The position numbers and the translations under genes were made by a program. A stretch of DNA of 61,520 nucleotides, the filler included, from Bipalium vagum (taxonomy: Eukaryota): NCBI GenBank assembly GCA_037834085.1. It is 3 parts of 3 records of this genome, joined end to end, with 100 filler letters (N's around TTAATTAATTAA, not from the genome) between each part and the next. Parts side by side here need not be neighbours in the genome. Positions count along the whole stretch, not along the records: positions 38,815 to 61,520 come from JBBMKC010217908.1; 2 more parts are not named here. One strand, written 5' to 3'. Positions 38,883 to 53,400 of the stretch are shown one piece after another; the first letter of the stretch is position 1; the number at the start of each line of letters is the position of its first letter. The notes beneath the pieces are model-generated. The model saw only the letters and a list, made by a program, of their open reading frames with translations. It did no database searches and had not been told where the DNA came from.

Positions 38883-41800
38883 AATCTTTTGTTAATATTT
38901 ACGTCCAAATCGATAAAAAATATTGTTTTAAAAATTAAATTGTTCGTTTCTGGATTTTTACACTTATTTTTTATATTAAAATAATAATAATAAGTATTTC
39001 ATTTTTGTTATTTAGCAAAAACCATAATTATAAAAATAAATATAAATTACAAATTAATATCTGAAAAAAATTAGAAAATTTTGATATTTAGTGCAATATT
39101 AAGACAAAGGAGACTCTAGGTTAATGTAAATAATTAATGAAAAAACGAGAGGATAAAGAAAATTTTCTGTGACATTTGATATTTTCCCTTTCCTTCTTTC
39201 AGTGGTCAATGATTATAAAAAAACAATTTTCTGAAAATTCGATTAGTGTCTGAAACAAAAGCGTAAGGGATCAATAAATATGATTAGGAAAATAAAGCTC
39301 TTGTGATAAATCATAGGTGATGATGAATAAAAATAATTTTCGTAATTTATTTCGGTAATACGATAAATGACGACTTAATTTTTAATACATTGGGTTTTCT
39401 TTCAAAAATGGTAAGATAAATCGAGTTTACGAATATTTATTGAATATATTTTTGAATATGGGTCCATTTACCGATTCATTGATAATGCACAGCAATCTTT
39501 TGTAAACATTGTTTTTTAAATATTCTTAGATTAACTGCTGAAATTTTATTGTGATATATTGAAAAATTCAGTTCATAATTTTTACTCAACTTTTTTGTGA
39601 ATATAGAAAAATGTACTCAAAAATAAAAAAATGAGAAAAACAAGTTATTAACAACTATATAAACTTAATGATTTGATCAATTGAAGGACTGTAAAATAAA
39701 AATTTTGAACTTTTAGGTAATATAACACGTTATTCAAATTATCTGGATCAGCGTACTTTATTAATATACCAAATCATGCATAAAATTAAACTTTCTCATT
39801 GATTTGTAATCATTTCTGTAGAAGTTAAAATGTATAATTTTTATTGTGCGACTGAGTGCTTTGAAGTATTAGTTAACATTTTTCTATAATTACAGATATT
39901 AATCAATAATAATCAATGATTAAAATGACCTATCTGTTAAAGTTAATTTAAAATCAATGTGAACTGATTTATATGTTTTTTTACAAATTTACATTCGTTT
40001 GATATTTTAAATCTAGTTTTTGAGTTTTCCGATCAATTTTATTAGTATTTTTCATATAAATATATATTGATTTTTTAATATTATGTTTTTAACACATTCT
40101 TGTTATTAAAAATAAGGATGTGCAATTGTTATTTGTTCTAAATTTAATTATTTTTAATATAAATTACAAAACAAAAAAATTAAAATATTTCTAAACACAT
40201 TAAAATAATTTTATTAAATTTTTAAATTAGAATAGTAGTACTGAAACTGTAACTGTAGTTATTAACTGTAAGGTTAATAACTTTTATTTCTTATAATCTT
40301 AATAATTTTATTTTCAAAAAATATAATATCCAAAAAATAAAATAAAAATAAGTGTATTTGTTTAAGTATAATAAGTATTTAATAATATACAATAAAGACT
40401 GTCATTGCCTTATATATTTATTCCAAACTTCGAATTTTCCGCCTTTATTTACTTTCTTAGATCGCGTTAACTATTTAAAATTAACATCTTGCTAATTATT
40501 TATCTTACGTGCCAGGATCTTTCAATAAATTAATCCTCTATGCACAAATATACGTGGTTGTCAATTCTTATGTACTTCAAGGCTTTCTACAAGTCTAGTA
40601 TCGGTATTGTCTTTTTGTGAAATGCTTCTAAACAAATATATATTCATAATTCAGTGATTTGTCTTAGCATTCATACACTTCAATTAACTACATTTCGTTT
40701 AAGTCTGTCACCTAAAAACATTTTTATTTTATTTTATCAAAGTCTTTAATGCATGAAATTTTTTGTCATAAACTTTTCAGAAAATTATAAGGAAAATCTC
40801 ACTAAGTCCACTGTTATGTAGTTTCCATATTTCACTACTATGGCTTTCAACTGAATCAAAAAAGTAAAAAAAGAATTGATAGAAAATGTTTCTGATCTAG
40901 AAAAAATATTTAAAGAAATTTGAAAATTTAATCTTAATTAATTATTATTTTATAAAAATTTTATAGAATTAAATAAAATTTCTATAAAACTTAAATTTTA
41001 ATAAATTTTTTCATGTTAACAAAATCTTTACAATCACGATAATAGATAAGAGAATAACATTTATCAAAGATATTTTTTTCTGAATTTTTTAGTCAATTAT
41101 GCAAACTTACCGAGAAAAAAGATAATATTTTGATAAAGTATGAATATATTGTTTCAAGAAATTCATTTCATTTCCGATATTGTTCTTAAAGGGGAAATTA
41201 TTCTCTCTTACAGTCCGACAGAAAGATTCAATTTTGTTAAGAGATTTTTTTATAATACAATGTCTGTTCTAAGAAAATTGTGTAAATAAAGTAAAGGGAA
41301 GTCAATATAATATTTCTAATAAGTATTTTTAAAGAGAAAAAATTCAAAATCAGTAAGCAAAAAAAAGTTTCCAAAGGAGATTTTTTAGCCTTACCTCAAA
41401 AATTGTTTTAAAATATTGTTAATGTTCATATTTTACATACTGAAAATAACATTTTAATTTAAACAATATCACACTAATTAACTTCGGTATTAAAAATAAC
41501 ATTATCTCATCTCCAAAGATTTTAAATTTTTGTAAAAATTACTGTTAATGTTTTAATACTACGGTTAAACAATTATTTATTCAAATTCAAAATATTACCA
41601 ATTTTGTCAAGTAAGGAATAAAAATATCAATAAAATTATTAATTGTCGCCCTTTCTATTTTTATTCACAAAATAGAGTACAATTACAATTCTAATAATTC
41701 ATTGAGCTACTATGAGTATAAATTCTATTTGGCATTGAAGTTACAAAACTTTGTGGACAGATTTATCCAAGTCTTCCCAACAGCTAATGAATGCGGATTG

Positions 41801-42589
41801 AAGCTCATCAATAGAATTGAACTGCTTTCTACTAGTATAAACCTAAGGGACCATCAGTAATCAAACGTTTTCTGAGATTTACGTCCGGTTAGTACGGTGG
41901 TCATTCCATAATTTGAATATTTTTGTATTTCAAAATTTTGAATTGGATAGTCTTCCAGATTACATTTAAATGAAGTTCTTCAATTATTGTGGTAATTAAA
42001 ATAGATTTATTACTGACTTTTTCAGTAGTCAATTGGTTAGTTTTGGTAGAAAGATTTGTTTTCGGGCCACCGCGCTTCCAAATAAATAATATCTTGTATC
42101 ACTTTCATTCCGATGGATCTTATTTCCCATTCATCTGCTTGTTTTTTTGGTTTCGTGGTAGGCCTTAGTCAACCCTTTCTTAGTGTTGGGCATTTTGTTT
42201 AAATTTGACATTCAGAATTTACTAAACTCTTTAAATAATTAAATTTTATAAATATTAATGCTCTTTTATAATGTTTCGTAAAAATTTAACTTTGAAATCA
42301 AAATTGATAGAATAAATTAAGAATTAAAAAATTCGGAAGTTAGTTATGGTCAGTAAAACTAATGTAATAATACAAACAAATTAGATTTAATTTAATTCAA
42401 ACTTAAGTTAAAAAATATAATTTTATTAAAATACGTTTTTATACCTTGTTAAAAATTATTTAAAGTTTAATTTCTTTCAAATATAAAATCAAGATTTCTT
42501 AACTTTCAAAGTGCGGAAATTAATTTGTGTTGAACCATATATATTTAAAATTTTTTAGATATTGATAGAATCGAATTATAGTAATACGT

Positions 42590-43916
42590 TAGGAATGGGT
42601 GTTTTAAGAACCTTTAGTTAATCGAATTAACGTTAACGGAAGAAGAAATAACATGCGATGGATAGTGATGAGTTACTAAATTGAAAAAAATACATTGCTT
42701 GGTTTTTTATTTCTTAATTAATAGGTAAGAACAACTATAAACCGCTTTATTGACAAAATTTAACATACAAAAAAAGTTTCCAGGTTACATAAACTGACAG
42801 GTTTTGATGTTTTCATTTTTTGGCAAGGACGAATCAAGGGTCAATTGCGCTGTTTGTCTTTTCTTTTCTCGTAATACCTGAATGTAGCATTTTAAAGCAT
42901 TTAACACATTTCTTTTTACATCACGAATGAGACAATTGACTCAGACAATCGGACATTGTTTTGTTTGCTAAAACTTTAACCGGTGACTCTTCCATATCAA
43001 TGTCAGAAATGGCATCTTCTCTTAACAATTTATCTTCTGTTAGTTCTTGTAACTCTTCATTTGATAGTGGAATGTCAAACGATACTTCGCAGCTTTTAAC
43101 TCTGATATGCATGTTTTAGATAGCAAAAGTTTCCAAAATAGACACGTTTCATCAAGGTTGAACATCAAATTTGGCGGACATCTATCTCTTTCCACTAAAG
43201 TTTTTCATTTTTTTGAAATGTTGTTGCTTCATCTATTTAAGCACTGGGTACCTCTCCCGTTAGACGAATGTTGTTTCTATGTTTAAATTTTTCAAACAAA
43301 ATTTTCCTTGTTGATTCCTCCTACTTGGTCTTTTAAGAAGTTTAACAAACTTATTGTTTTGTTTTGAATTAACATTTGACTCACTGGCACGTGACGTTGA
43401 TTCATACCATCAATCCAAACACTAACAACTTCTCAACATTTTCTATAATGTTACTTCGCGTGCGGAAAATTGTTTTATTAGTAACGTTGCCGTTTTCAAC
43501 AAAGTTTTTATTTTTTTTTATTGGCTTGCAATTGTTGAGATAGTTAAATAAGATAATAATAATACACTTCACTCTTTTCATCCCGATTTAGTTTCTTTCC
43601 TAAATTTATCGACTTTTGTTTGTTTCACATTGGATTTTGTATTTATTCGTAATATGACACGTAAATTAAGTTAAAAAAATCTTAAATAGTAATTTTAAAT
43701 ACAATTACTTCTTAACTAATAAATTAAAAAATAAGCATGAAATTAACAAATTACTTGTTAATTTATTATAAAATAATTACTCTTTAATAATTAAAGTAAA
43801 TTTTTCACGAAATAAATGTTAAATCCAAATTAATAAATATGTACGTATTCGGAAAATTTTTAATTTATAACGATTAAAACGTTAACGAAGGTAACATTAA
43901 GCGAGGTTTTATTGTA
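42590..43916 (-). mobile_element. Internally deleted Tigger1-like transposon
   Basis: CENP-B HTH remnant LLVFGL/WIDGMNQRHVPVS, CPPNLMFNLDETCLFWK, acidic tail PLSNEELQEL. Terminus TACAATAAAACCTCGCTTAATG at ~43916. Confidence 0.75.
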
Positions 43917-45249
43917 ATTAGATTTAAAATCAATGATTTTTCGATAATTGTTTAACTTTTAGTTTTAAGATGATGTCAAGATTTCTCTGAAAAGATCTTA
44001 TGTGGTTTTCAAAACTTAATTTTCTGTCAAATCTAATGAAATGCGTATTTGTGTTCTGGTAGGAAATTTATTATCGAGGTTAATGACAATCACCAATTCG
44101 GGTTTTACTTTACTCAATTTCACTTTTGAAATTTCAATTTTTAAAAATTTACTTTTTATGCAGGCCTTTTCTTTTAATGTGATTTGAATCGTAGCACTCA
44201 AGTAATTAATTCATCAATATAACAAAAATTATCAAAACATTCAAAACAATTTAATATTAAAATCCACATTTTGATATTATCAATAATTAGATACACAGTA
44301 TTCAGTTCGATTTTCGCCATGTTTATGTTAACTTATAGATTTTGTAAATATAATAATTGTTAGGTTACCTGCATAATTTAAATATAATTAACACATTGTT
44401 CTTCATTCTTTCCGAGAAACTTAAATATTTTTTAATTACAGTAACTATTAATTCCCTAACTTGTTTCTGGCGCTCAAAATATTCATCACATGTTCAATGC
44501 AAGTCTTTATATTCATAGGTTCTTTTAAATTTAGTCAAATTCCTCGAGGATTTTATCTAACGCTCATTATCTAAATATTTCACGAACCAAAAAATAAAGT
44601 TTCGAAAATGATGCTATTTTATTAAGGATATTAAAAATTATATATCAATTTATTGATTGTATTTTTTTTTTCATTGGTATAATGATTATTTTGGATCCAA
44701 TATTTTGAATTTCAAATTTTAATAAATTTTAAAAATTAAAAAAAAATTTATCAAAATTTAAATTTAAAATAAAGAATAAAATAGATTACGATGATAAACA
44801 ACTAAGAATATTTATTTGAATAATAATTTAAAACTTATAGGAATATATGAATTCTTATTGAAGTAATTATTTACAAATTAAACGATTTTTACAAATACAG
44901 AAACAATAGAAAATAAAACAGAATGTCAGTGAAAAAGTTTCCCCACCAATTTCAGAAATAAAATCCCACATAGTATAATAACAAGTTTATTACACAATCT
45001 TTTAAAATAAGTTTTCTTTTCAGTAATAAAACTGATTTTTGATGTCAGTATATAATATTTTTATTAAATAAATTTTAAAGATTTAAAATAATATAAAATC
45101 AATAAATATAAATAAATAAATCATTTTAATATAATAACGGTTTTAACTAGAAATATGGAATAATTTACAAAAAGTTAACAGACAGAAATTTTTAAAATAA
45201 AATTATACTTCACATAAAACTATTTCACTAATCACATATATTTTCATTA

Positions 45250-45900
45250 ATGTACAACGGAGTATGGACCATGGTGGGCTACATCTCTCAACTCTATCTT
45301 TATACCTCTACAAGCCTCTTGTATGTATTTAGTGTACATTTTTTTCAAGCAAAGTTGTATTCTTTTTAGTTTAGTTTTATGCTCTCTTGTTATCTTATAT
45401 ACAAGAGATTTAGAATGCCAAAGAAATCTTCGATTCGACGACATTGTGGACTATTTATAGGATTGGGATCCTTAGACACAAAATGTATCTCTTGCTTTTA
45501 AAAAGTCTTGGGTCTTTTTGCTGTAATGTGAAGAGGTTTTGTCCAGGCAGGAGATGAAGTTGCCATTAAAATGATCTTTCAGAAAAGGAATTAAAATCTT
45601 GAACAAATATTCCTCCTGGTATATTTTCTGATTGATTGTCAAACCTCCATCCTTGAACCATGACTGAAACATCTTTCTCAGAGATGACAATGTACAACAT
45701 AAGGTTCTTTTCATATTTTTTTGGAACTTGCATTTTATATTAGGTGGATATGTTATTAGAAATAAAATTTGTTATTTCCAGGAATTCAAGAGTTGCTCAA
45801 TGGAGAATAAAATTTGTTTTCTTTTTGTTGATTTAATAAAAATTTACAACGCGCTATCGAAGCATATGCTGTTAGGACACCGTTATATTGTTGTAAAATA
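45250..45900 (-). mobile_element. maT/DD37D-like Tc1-mariner remnant
   Basis: GLTINQKIYQEEYL..ILIPFLKDHFNG...DKTSSHYSKKTQDFL corresponds to G.KIN..Y...L.PW...HF...DSAPAH.AK.TQ.WL, followed by a degenerate SPDLNP (KDPNPI). Confidence 0.6.
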
Positions 45901-47206
45901 GTTTATTAAAACAAATTTTATTATAAATAATATTTAATCACCATAGGACCTATAAAATATGTTTATAATACCTTTTTATAAACTTATTTATAAATTTTGC
46001 ATGTGAAATTAGTCTAGATTTTAAGTTATCACCTGTTACTCTCACAAAGATATCTAAAACTGTATGTTATTGAAGCAAAATTGAAACTGTTTACTTTTAT
46101 AGACTCTGAGTGCATATTATTGATTTTAAACACATTTTTGATTTTATTTTATATTCTTGAAAATTAATTTTGTGCAATTGGATTTATATCATTTTCCACT
46201 GTTTTCAGTTTTCTGAAAGCCATTTCTTTTTTTTTATTTTAAAAATATTGTTTCACAAGTCAATAATATTTTGCTACCCATTCTCTTAATATTAAATAAT
46301 ATCTGATGAGTAAATAAAACCACTTTATTGCAACATCATGCCATCTAATTGAAAATTGTCAATGTGTTCTCAAAATAAATTGGGTTATTAGTTGGTATAT
46401 ACATTTATTTATTTTAAGGGTAAAAATATATTAGGAGCTTAAGACGTATCATTTTTCTATTTGAATGAAATATTTTTCTCTATGGTATTTGTTGAGATGT
46501 GGTTTTCTGTTCTTCTCGACTAATTCCATATGGTTTAGTTTCTGAATTTCCTCCGTCAGCTACTGAAATGACCAAGTTTCTTTTAATAAGATTTTTGTTG
46601 ATTTTATTTAAAAAGGATTGTTACACAAAATGTTAAATATCAGTATTTACTAATTATTGATATTTAAAATTTTGTGTAAATCATATAAATATATTTAATT
46701 AATCTGTAATCTAGCCACTATTATCATTTATTAAAATATTTTTTTTGTTAATATGAATTTAAAAGATCAATTTTCAATTTTGAGGATATGATGCATTTTT
46801 TGAAGAAACAACGTAAATTAAATTTTTCAAAGTTTTTCATTAGGTTCAATATAAAGTAGATTAATACAAAAATTTATTTTTATGTCCGTTTTTTTTAAAT
46901 TAATTAATAATTTACATTAATAATTTTAGACAATTTTCTTGTTTTACTCAATTGGTTTTTTCCGATTATTATTATAATCATGGAATTTTTTCTTGAAGTT
47001 TTTTAATCTTATCATTATTTTTTTCATTTTTACATCTAGAATTTTTAAAATTTTTATTGAAAGTTGAAAGCACTTAAAGGTCCTTTAATTAGATATTGCT
47101 ATTCATAATCAAAAGTTTTTGGATCGTTAAAATAATTTTTTAAAATAATTTTTAAGATTTAAACTTTTTTGATTTATTAAAATAAATAGCAGTAATAATT
47201 TTAGAA

Positions 47207-47283
47207 AATTTAAATATTATTTTTCTAGATAATTTAAATATTATTTTTCTAGATAATTTAAATATTATTTTTCTAGATAATTT
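47207..47283. repeat. Tandem repeat, ~24-25 bp x3 (AATTTAAATATTATTTTTCTAGAT)
   Basis: Directly visible. Confidence 0.85.
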
Positions 47284-47431
47284 CCACACATCGTATTTTA
47301 AAATCAATTAATCCTTCACATTGCCATTTTCTTGATTTTCTATATAAAAAGCATATTTATCGGATAGTATTATACAGCTGTTAATTTTTTTAATGAATAC
47401 CTCTCTTAATTTTTGACCGTTTTTTATTAAG

Positions 47432-50400
47432 AGTATTTATAGTGTGTTCATAGTTCTTTTTATATCGGGAGGATTGTTTATGTTTACTTACAAAAGCACT
47501 CAGTTTAATATGGATGGATTTATTCTTTGTCTTTTGGCATCTTTCATAAGTGGGATCAGATGGACTACTGCTCAATTGGTTACTCAAAAAACAGAGATGG
47601 GTATTGTGTTGATTGTCCGACGTAATATAATTTTAAATTGTGTTTTTAAGGGTTACAAAACCCCATAGACATGATATATCATATTCAGCCGTGGATGATC
47701 TTAACTTTATTACCACTTTCAGCGTGGTTTGAAGGTAATTATTTTATTATTTTGTATGTTTTACAAGTAATAGTGCATAATTGATAAGATGAGTTTTATT
47801 TTAATAATGTTAACATAAAAAGAACTGCAGTTGTTTAGTACATCAAACCATTGAATTGCTGAAGCAGGAAATAAAGACCAATAATTTTATTTAGATTTTC
47901 TTTGTAATTTTTTCATTTATAAAAATGTTACATAAAAAATGTACAATGAGAGTCATAAAAATATTATACAAAACAATTTTAAATTATTAAATATCACGTA
48001 AATGGACAATTAGGCGGTGAAATTCATTGATTTTTGTCTCATTTGTATTAGAAATATTTTGCAGTGATTTTACTAATGTTGAACTCATTATTATTATTAT
48101 TATTATTATTAATACATGTTACAACACATTAATAATTAAAAGATTTCACTATAAATCACATTCAGTCAACAAAATTTAATTTTTCAAATGGATTTCAATC
48201 TTTTTCCACAATCCAAGATTCCGTTGTAGTATTTATTCTTACTGGCGAATTTTTTATTTCTAGCCGATCCAGGCAAGAGTAAAAAAAACTACGAAAATGT
48301 TTTATGTAATTGTTTTTTTCAAATGGGCTAATATTATTGGGTTGTTCAAAAAGTCAGTGCGCTTTTTTTAGTAGTTTTGATAATTTGAGATTTTTTACTT
48401 AAAATACAACTCTATATATCAATATTTACAATTGATTGTTTATTTACATTAAAAATTAAAATGTAAGTACAGTTTGACCTTGATTTTTTAAACTTATCAT
48501 GTTTTTATAGGGTTTCAAAAATGAACAACTTTGACGAACATGTGCGGAATATTTTATTTTTTTATTTCAAAAAAGGAAAAAATGCCACTGATGCAAGAAA
48601 GAAAATAGTGAATAGACACTCGACGGTCAGAGAAATTGCAAGTGCTCTAAATATGTCCGTTGGTAGCGTTTACGGTCAATTAAAGTCCGCTGGTCTGGGT
48701 CCCGCACGAATTGAAAGAAATTCACAAAATCAATCGAATTGACATTTGCGATCAACTCATGAAACTCGAAAAAATCGACCCATTTCTCAAGCACATCATT
48801 ACGGGCGACGAAAAGTGGATCGTCTACAATAATGTCAACAGAAAAGGAAGCTGGTCTAAGAAAGATGAAGCGCTGGATAGGCAAATAAAAGCAGATATTC
48901 ACCAGAAAAAGGTTTTGCTTTCAATCTGGTGGGATTGGAAGGGACCTGTTTACTACGAGCTACTCCCGAAGAATAAAACTATAAATTCGGAAATCTACTG
49001 TGATAACGCAGGGCCACATATCAGTTTGATCAATCGCCAAAAATTGCTCGACCTTGGGTGGAATGTTTTGCCACATCCACCCTATAATCCAGGCGTTGCC
49101 TCTTCCGATTTCCATCTGTTTCGCTCTTTGCAAAACTCATTGAATGGTATAGCGTTTAGTAATGAGGGTCTTATCAAAAAGCACCTTAGAGGTTCTTTGC
49201 AAAGAAAAACGCAGACTTCTATCTGCGAGGAATAATGAAGCTACCACAGAGATGGCAGAAGGTAATTGATCAGAACGGGGAATACATAATAGATTAATAT
49301 TGTTTTTGTTCATCATATATACCTATCTTTAGCTTCATCAATTAACTGATAGTCTATTACCTTTCGTAATACTGAGCTGCATTCATTATGCCTTTTACTA
49401 CATATATACTCATGCTCATTATTCGCCAAGGCATGTTTATTTACTGATGAGACTCTTTGTTTCCAAGGGTCACTAAACTGGAGGCTTCATCAGAAAATGT
49501 GACTTCGCCAATCTGGTTCCATCCAATCTTTAAATTGCTGTGTCAACTTCTTGCGCAGCAAAACACGAATACGCAACTAAAATTATTTATGAGAGGCCAT
49601 GATGCATGGGAAACCTTCTTTAATTATTACGTCATTCATGCACCTTCTAGAAATGATGGGCATCACTAAATTATTAGATATAAGTTATTTAACTGTCCTT
49701 TGAGAATTTGCCTTGTTATCGCGAAGTACTTTTCTAATATTTCTATGTATTATATATTTTCTTATATTTCTAATTACTTTTCTGTCTGGAAAGCCTTGGT
49801 TTTCTTCTGCATTTCCCAATATGAAAAGGCTTGTTTGTATAATATCATCAAGTGATTTATGATTGACAGAGGTATTTTTAACTGGTGTTGAATATCCCTC
49901 TGTGATAAGCCACTATCACACAAATCTTTCACTTCAGCACTTTCTATGGTAGTATTCATTTTCAAAGAAATTCAAGATTATTAGCTATATAATTTGAAAA
50001 TGTAGTTTAATTATAGATTTTTAAAAATACAATTACCGTATAGTATCGGGGATAAACCGCGGTTTATACGAAAAAAAAGTTAATAATCTAAAAATTTTGA
50101 GGTGCGCCTTATGCTTAAAAACAATTTAATTATAATGTCCCGATAAATTTCGTCTCTACTGTTTAATATAAAATAAGTTTGAATTTTTAAAAATTGTCAT
50201 TGTTAAGTGAAAAAGATTTCTCAGATATTAAAATTGATAAAATGTCCTGGTTCCGGACCTGATCGAATCGTTCGCTTACTATTTGCAAAAGTAACATTTT
50301 TTCAACCCGATTATTATTAAAATATAGATTTATGCTTGTAATAATGAACGAATTTCAATTTCTTTTGATATATTTATAATTTTTTAAAAAAATTTATCCA

Positions 50401-53400
50401 AGGCAGAAGTATTAAATTTTGATTAATGGAATCTGTAATAAACGCATAACCAAAATCAAATCAAGAACCTTTAAATTTTACTTGCTATTTGTTTTCTCTT
50501 TACAAGAAATTTTTTATTAAGTGTACTTTTGTTGATCAATTGTCGTAGATTTTTCTATTTCATATGATATTTTGGGTTTTTTAAAAAAAATTTTAACAAA
50601 GAAACACTTTTTTTTACTTCCTTTATGGATTAATCATATTTTATATTTTGAGACTGCATTCAATAAAAATCGTAAAAATGCTTTGGTTTACTGATATTAT
50701 CAATCAAATTCACGTTTCTGAAAAACTTTAAAAAGAAAAATAATTATTGATGATTCTATGTTTGTGCTTTGAGTAATTATTATATTAACTGTTTCATTAA
50801 TTGTACAATTGATTTTATTTTTTCACTTCACTTTGACAGGAGCAACCTGTGTAAGAAGAATTTGATAAGATGTAATCTTATTTTTTACTATATCAGCAAA
50901 AAATTAATTTAAAAATCTTTATTTAGCATGAAAATAATCATTATCTCTTAAGAATATTGTCCAGAAAAAATCAACTAAATTGCGTCATTCTGCCACTTTG
51001 CAAATTCCACGATAATTATTCTTTAAAAATTTGAATTTGAAAATCATCATTTTTTATCTTTTCAAAATAGTCTCAGCTGTATCAAACATAAAAATTTGAT
51101 AATTATTGTCCTAAATATAAATAGAATAGTTCTCATAAACATTATAATTTTTTAGTCGAAACAATTCAAAGTATATTTACCAGTTGTGTCATTTAACTTG
51201 AACACAAAGGTTTATAAAACTCAACCTTCTCACAAAAATTTAATTTCAAAGGTTATTTAGTTAAACAATTTCTACTGATACTCTCATACCAAATATTTTC
51301 TTTCTAACTAAAATTTATTTATATTTATAAATATATATATAACAATATTTTTTTATTTTTCAAATACACATTTTAAAAAATCATTTTTGAACAAACAAAA
51401 TTTTATTTATAATACTATCTGGATACATGTTTCGATCTTTTTCAGTCAATTTTAATATATTTCTCTATTATCTTCAAATTATATCACTCTCATGATTTTT
51501 ATAAAATTATCTTCATCATTATTAGACAAAAGTAAAAAAATCCTCTTTTAATTCTAAAAACTTAAAAATTATATTTTAATATTTTTATAAAAGCTTGTGT
51601 TTCAAAATATTAATTAAGAAATTATTAATCATCCATTGATTTCTGCTTTCTAAATTTGTGAATTAATTTCTGGTTTCAGTTTTTTAATTAATAATGATTT
51701 ACGAATTTTTCGCATTTCATTATTATCAAAGTTGTTCATTACCACACTAAATTCATTTTCATTGGCATACCTATTATTGGGAAGAAAACTTTTTATAAAT
51801 CTGCGTCTTGTTAAAGAATTACATAAAGGAAAGTTTTGGCATAATATCGGATAACACTCAAATTACAAAAGAATTGATTTTGAGTTTACAATTTCATTAA
51901 GTTTAAGTTTTTATTGGGTTACTCATATATGCTAAATCGGATTGAACTAATATTTTCTAAACTAAAGAATTCAGTACGAGAAATTTTAAGGAAAAAAGGA
52001 ATGATTTTGTGTTCCACTGATTTTAAAGACTGAAGGTTTTACTGACCACTTTCGTCATGTTACTTAGAAATATTATTATTACATTTATCTTACATGCATT
52101 TATAAAATGGTTCAGTGTTAATAAATAAATTTTAATTTTTTACTTATTCTTTAAACAGTTAAAAAATCCAAAATTGAGCTTTAAGTTGTATATAATTAAA
52201 TTTTTATAATATTATAAAATATGGGGATATCGTTAACTAAGAATTGAAATGTCATAATTTTTTTCATTATTAGTCAATTCTGTGGTATTTGGTCGATTTT
52301 CTAATATAATGCACAATTCACGTAATTACAATATCTATAATATTCTTTTGTAAGAATAGAACTAACATATTTTGACAATATTTATTTTTCTGATTTAACT
52401 TTATTTACTCAACCTTAAATTGATTTCCTAATTACAATTTCATGAAAATTTTTCTCTAATATTATAATTAATTTATATTTTACATTATAAACTTTAAAAT
52501 AATTACATCATCTTATAATGAATATTTTTTATCTTTAAACAATTTTCAAAAAAACCAAAGTCCGAGAGTTTTTTTTATAAAAAAAGATATTTGATAATTT
52601 TTCAGGTTTAAATAGATATCATTGAGAGAATAACTGAAAAATAATTAATGATTTATTGTTTCATTTTGATTCTTTTTTGATTGATATTCTTTTCCTTTAC
52701 TAACAAATTTCTCTTGCATAGTGTCTAACAGAAACTTTAAGTAAACAAAAGTATTTTAAAATTTATTAGTTTTATCAGAAACATTGTCGTAACTTTTTTT
52801 TAAATAAAAATCAATTGTCAAATATAAAAAAAATTACGAAATAGAAAATTAAGTATATTTTTCATTGAAATTAAAATATTTTACGCCTGACATTTTAAAA
52901 TTTTAATTGCCTGGAAAAATATTGTATGAAAAATCAACCAATAATCTATTTTTTCCTAAACTTTAAGGACTCGAAATAATATCAGCTAAGGAATTCTTTC
53001 GTTTCTCCGATGTCAAAGAGTTGATGATGCACATTTCCATACTGACATCAGGAGCTTTGATTGCTTTCTGTTTGGAATGTTCCGAATATCTTGTGATAAC
53101 ATTTACATCCAGCTTGACGTTATCGATTGCTGGAATCATCAAGGTGAGTAAAAAGGTTTCCTATCGTTTATAAATCCTGTTTATTTATAACATTTATGGG
53201 TATTTCATTGTGTTTAAAAGTGAATAAATGTTATCATTAGAAATATTATTTGAGCTTTGCAGGATTTATCTCCTTCCTCGAGTAATATATTTTATTTTTA
53301 TTGTTCTAAAATTAAAATTTAGAGAAATTTTTGGTCACTTAATAAATTTGAAAACTGAGTTCGATACTCATGATATAATTTCAAGTGATATAAATTGACT

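Noticed and set aside
44291-44350. TAG|ATACACAGTATTCAGTTCG as the missing SLC35C2 'YTMTKSS' exon
   Set aside because: Starts Y-T in a plausible phase, but the rest does not match and there is no convincing donor.
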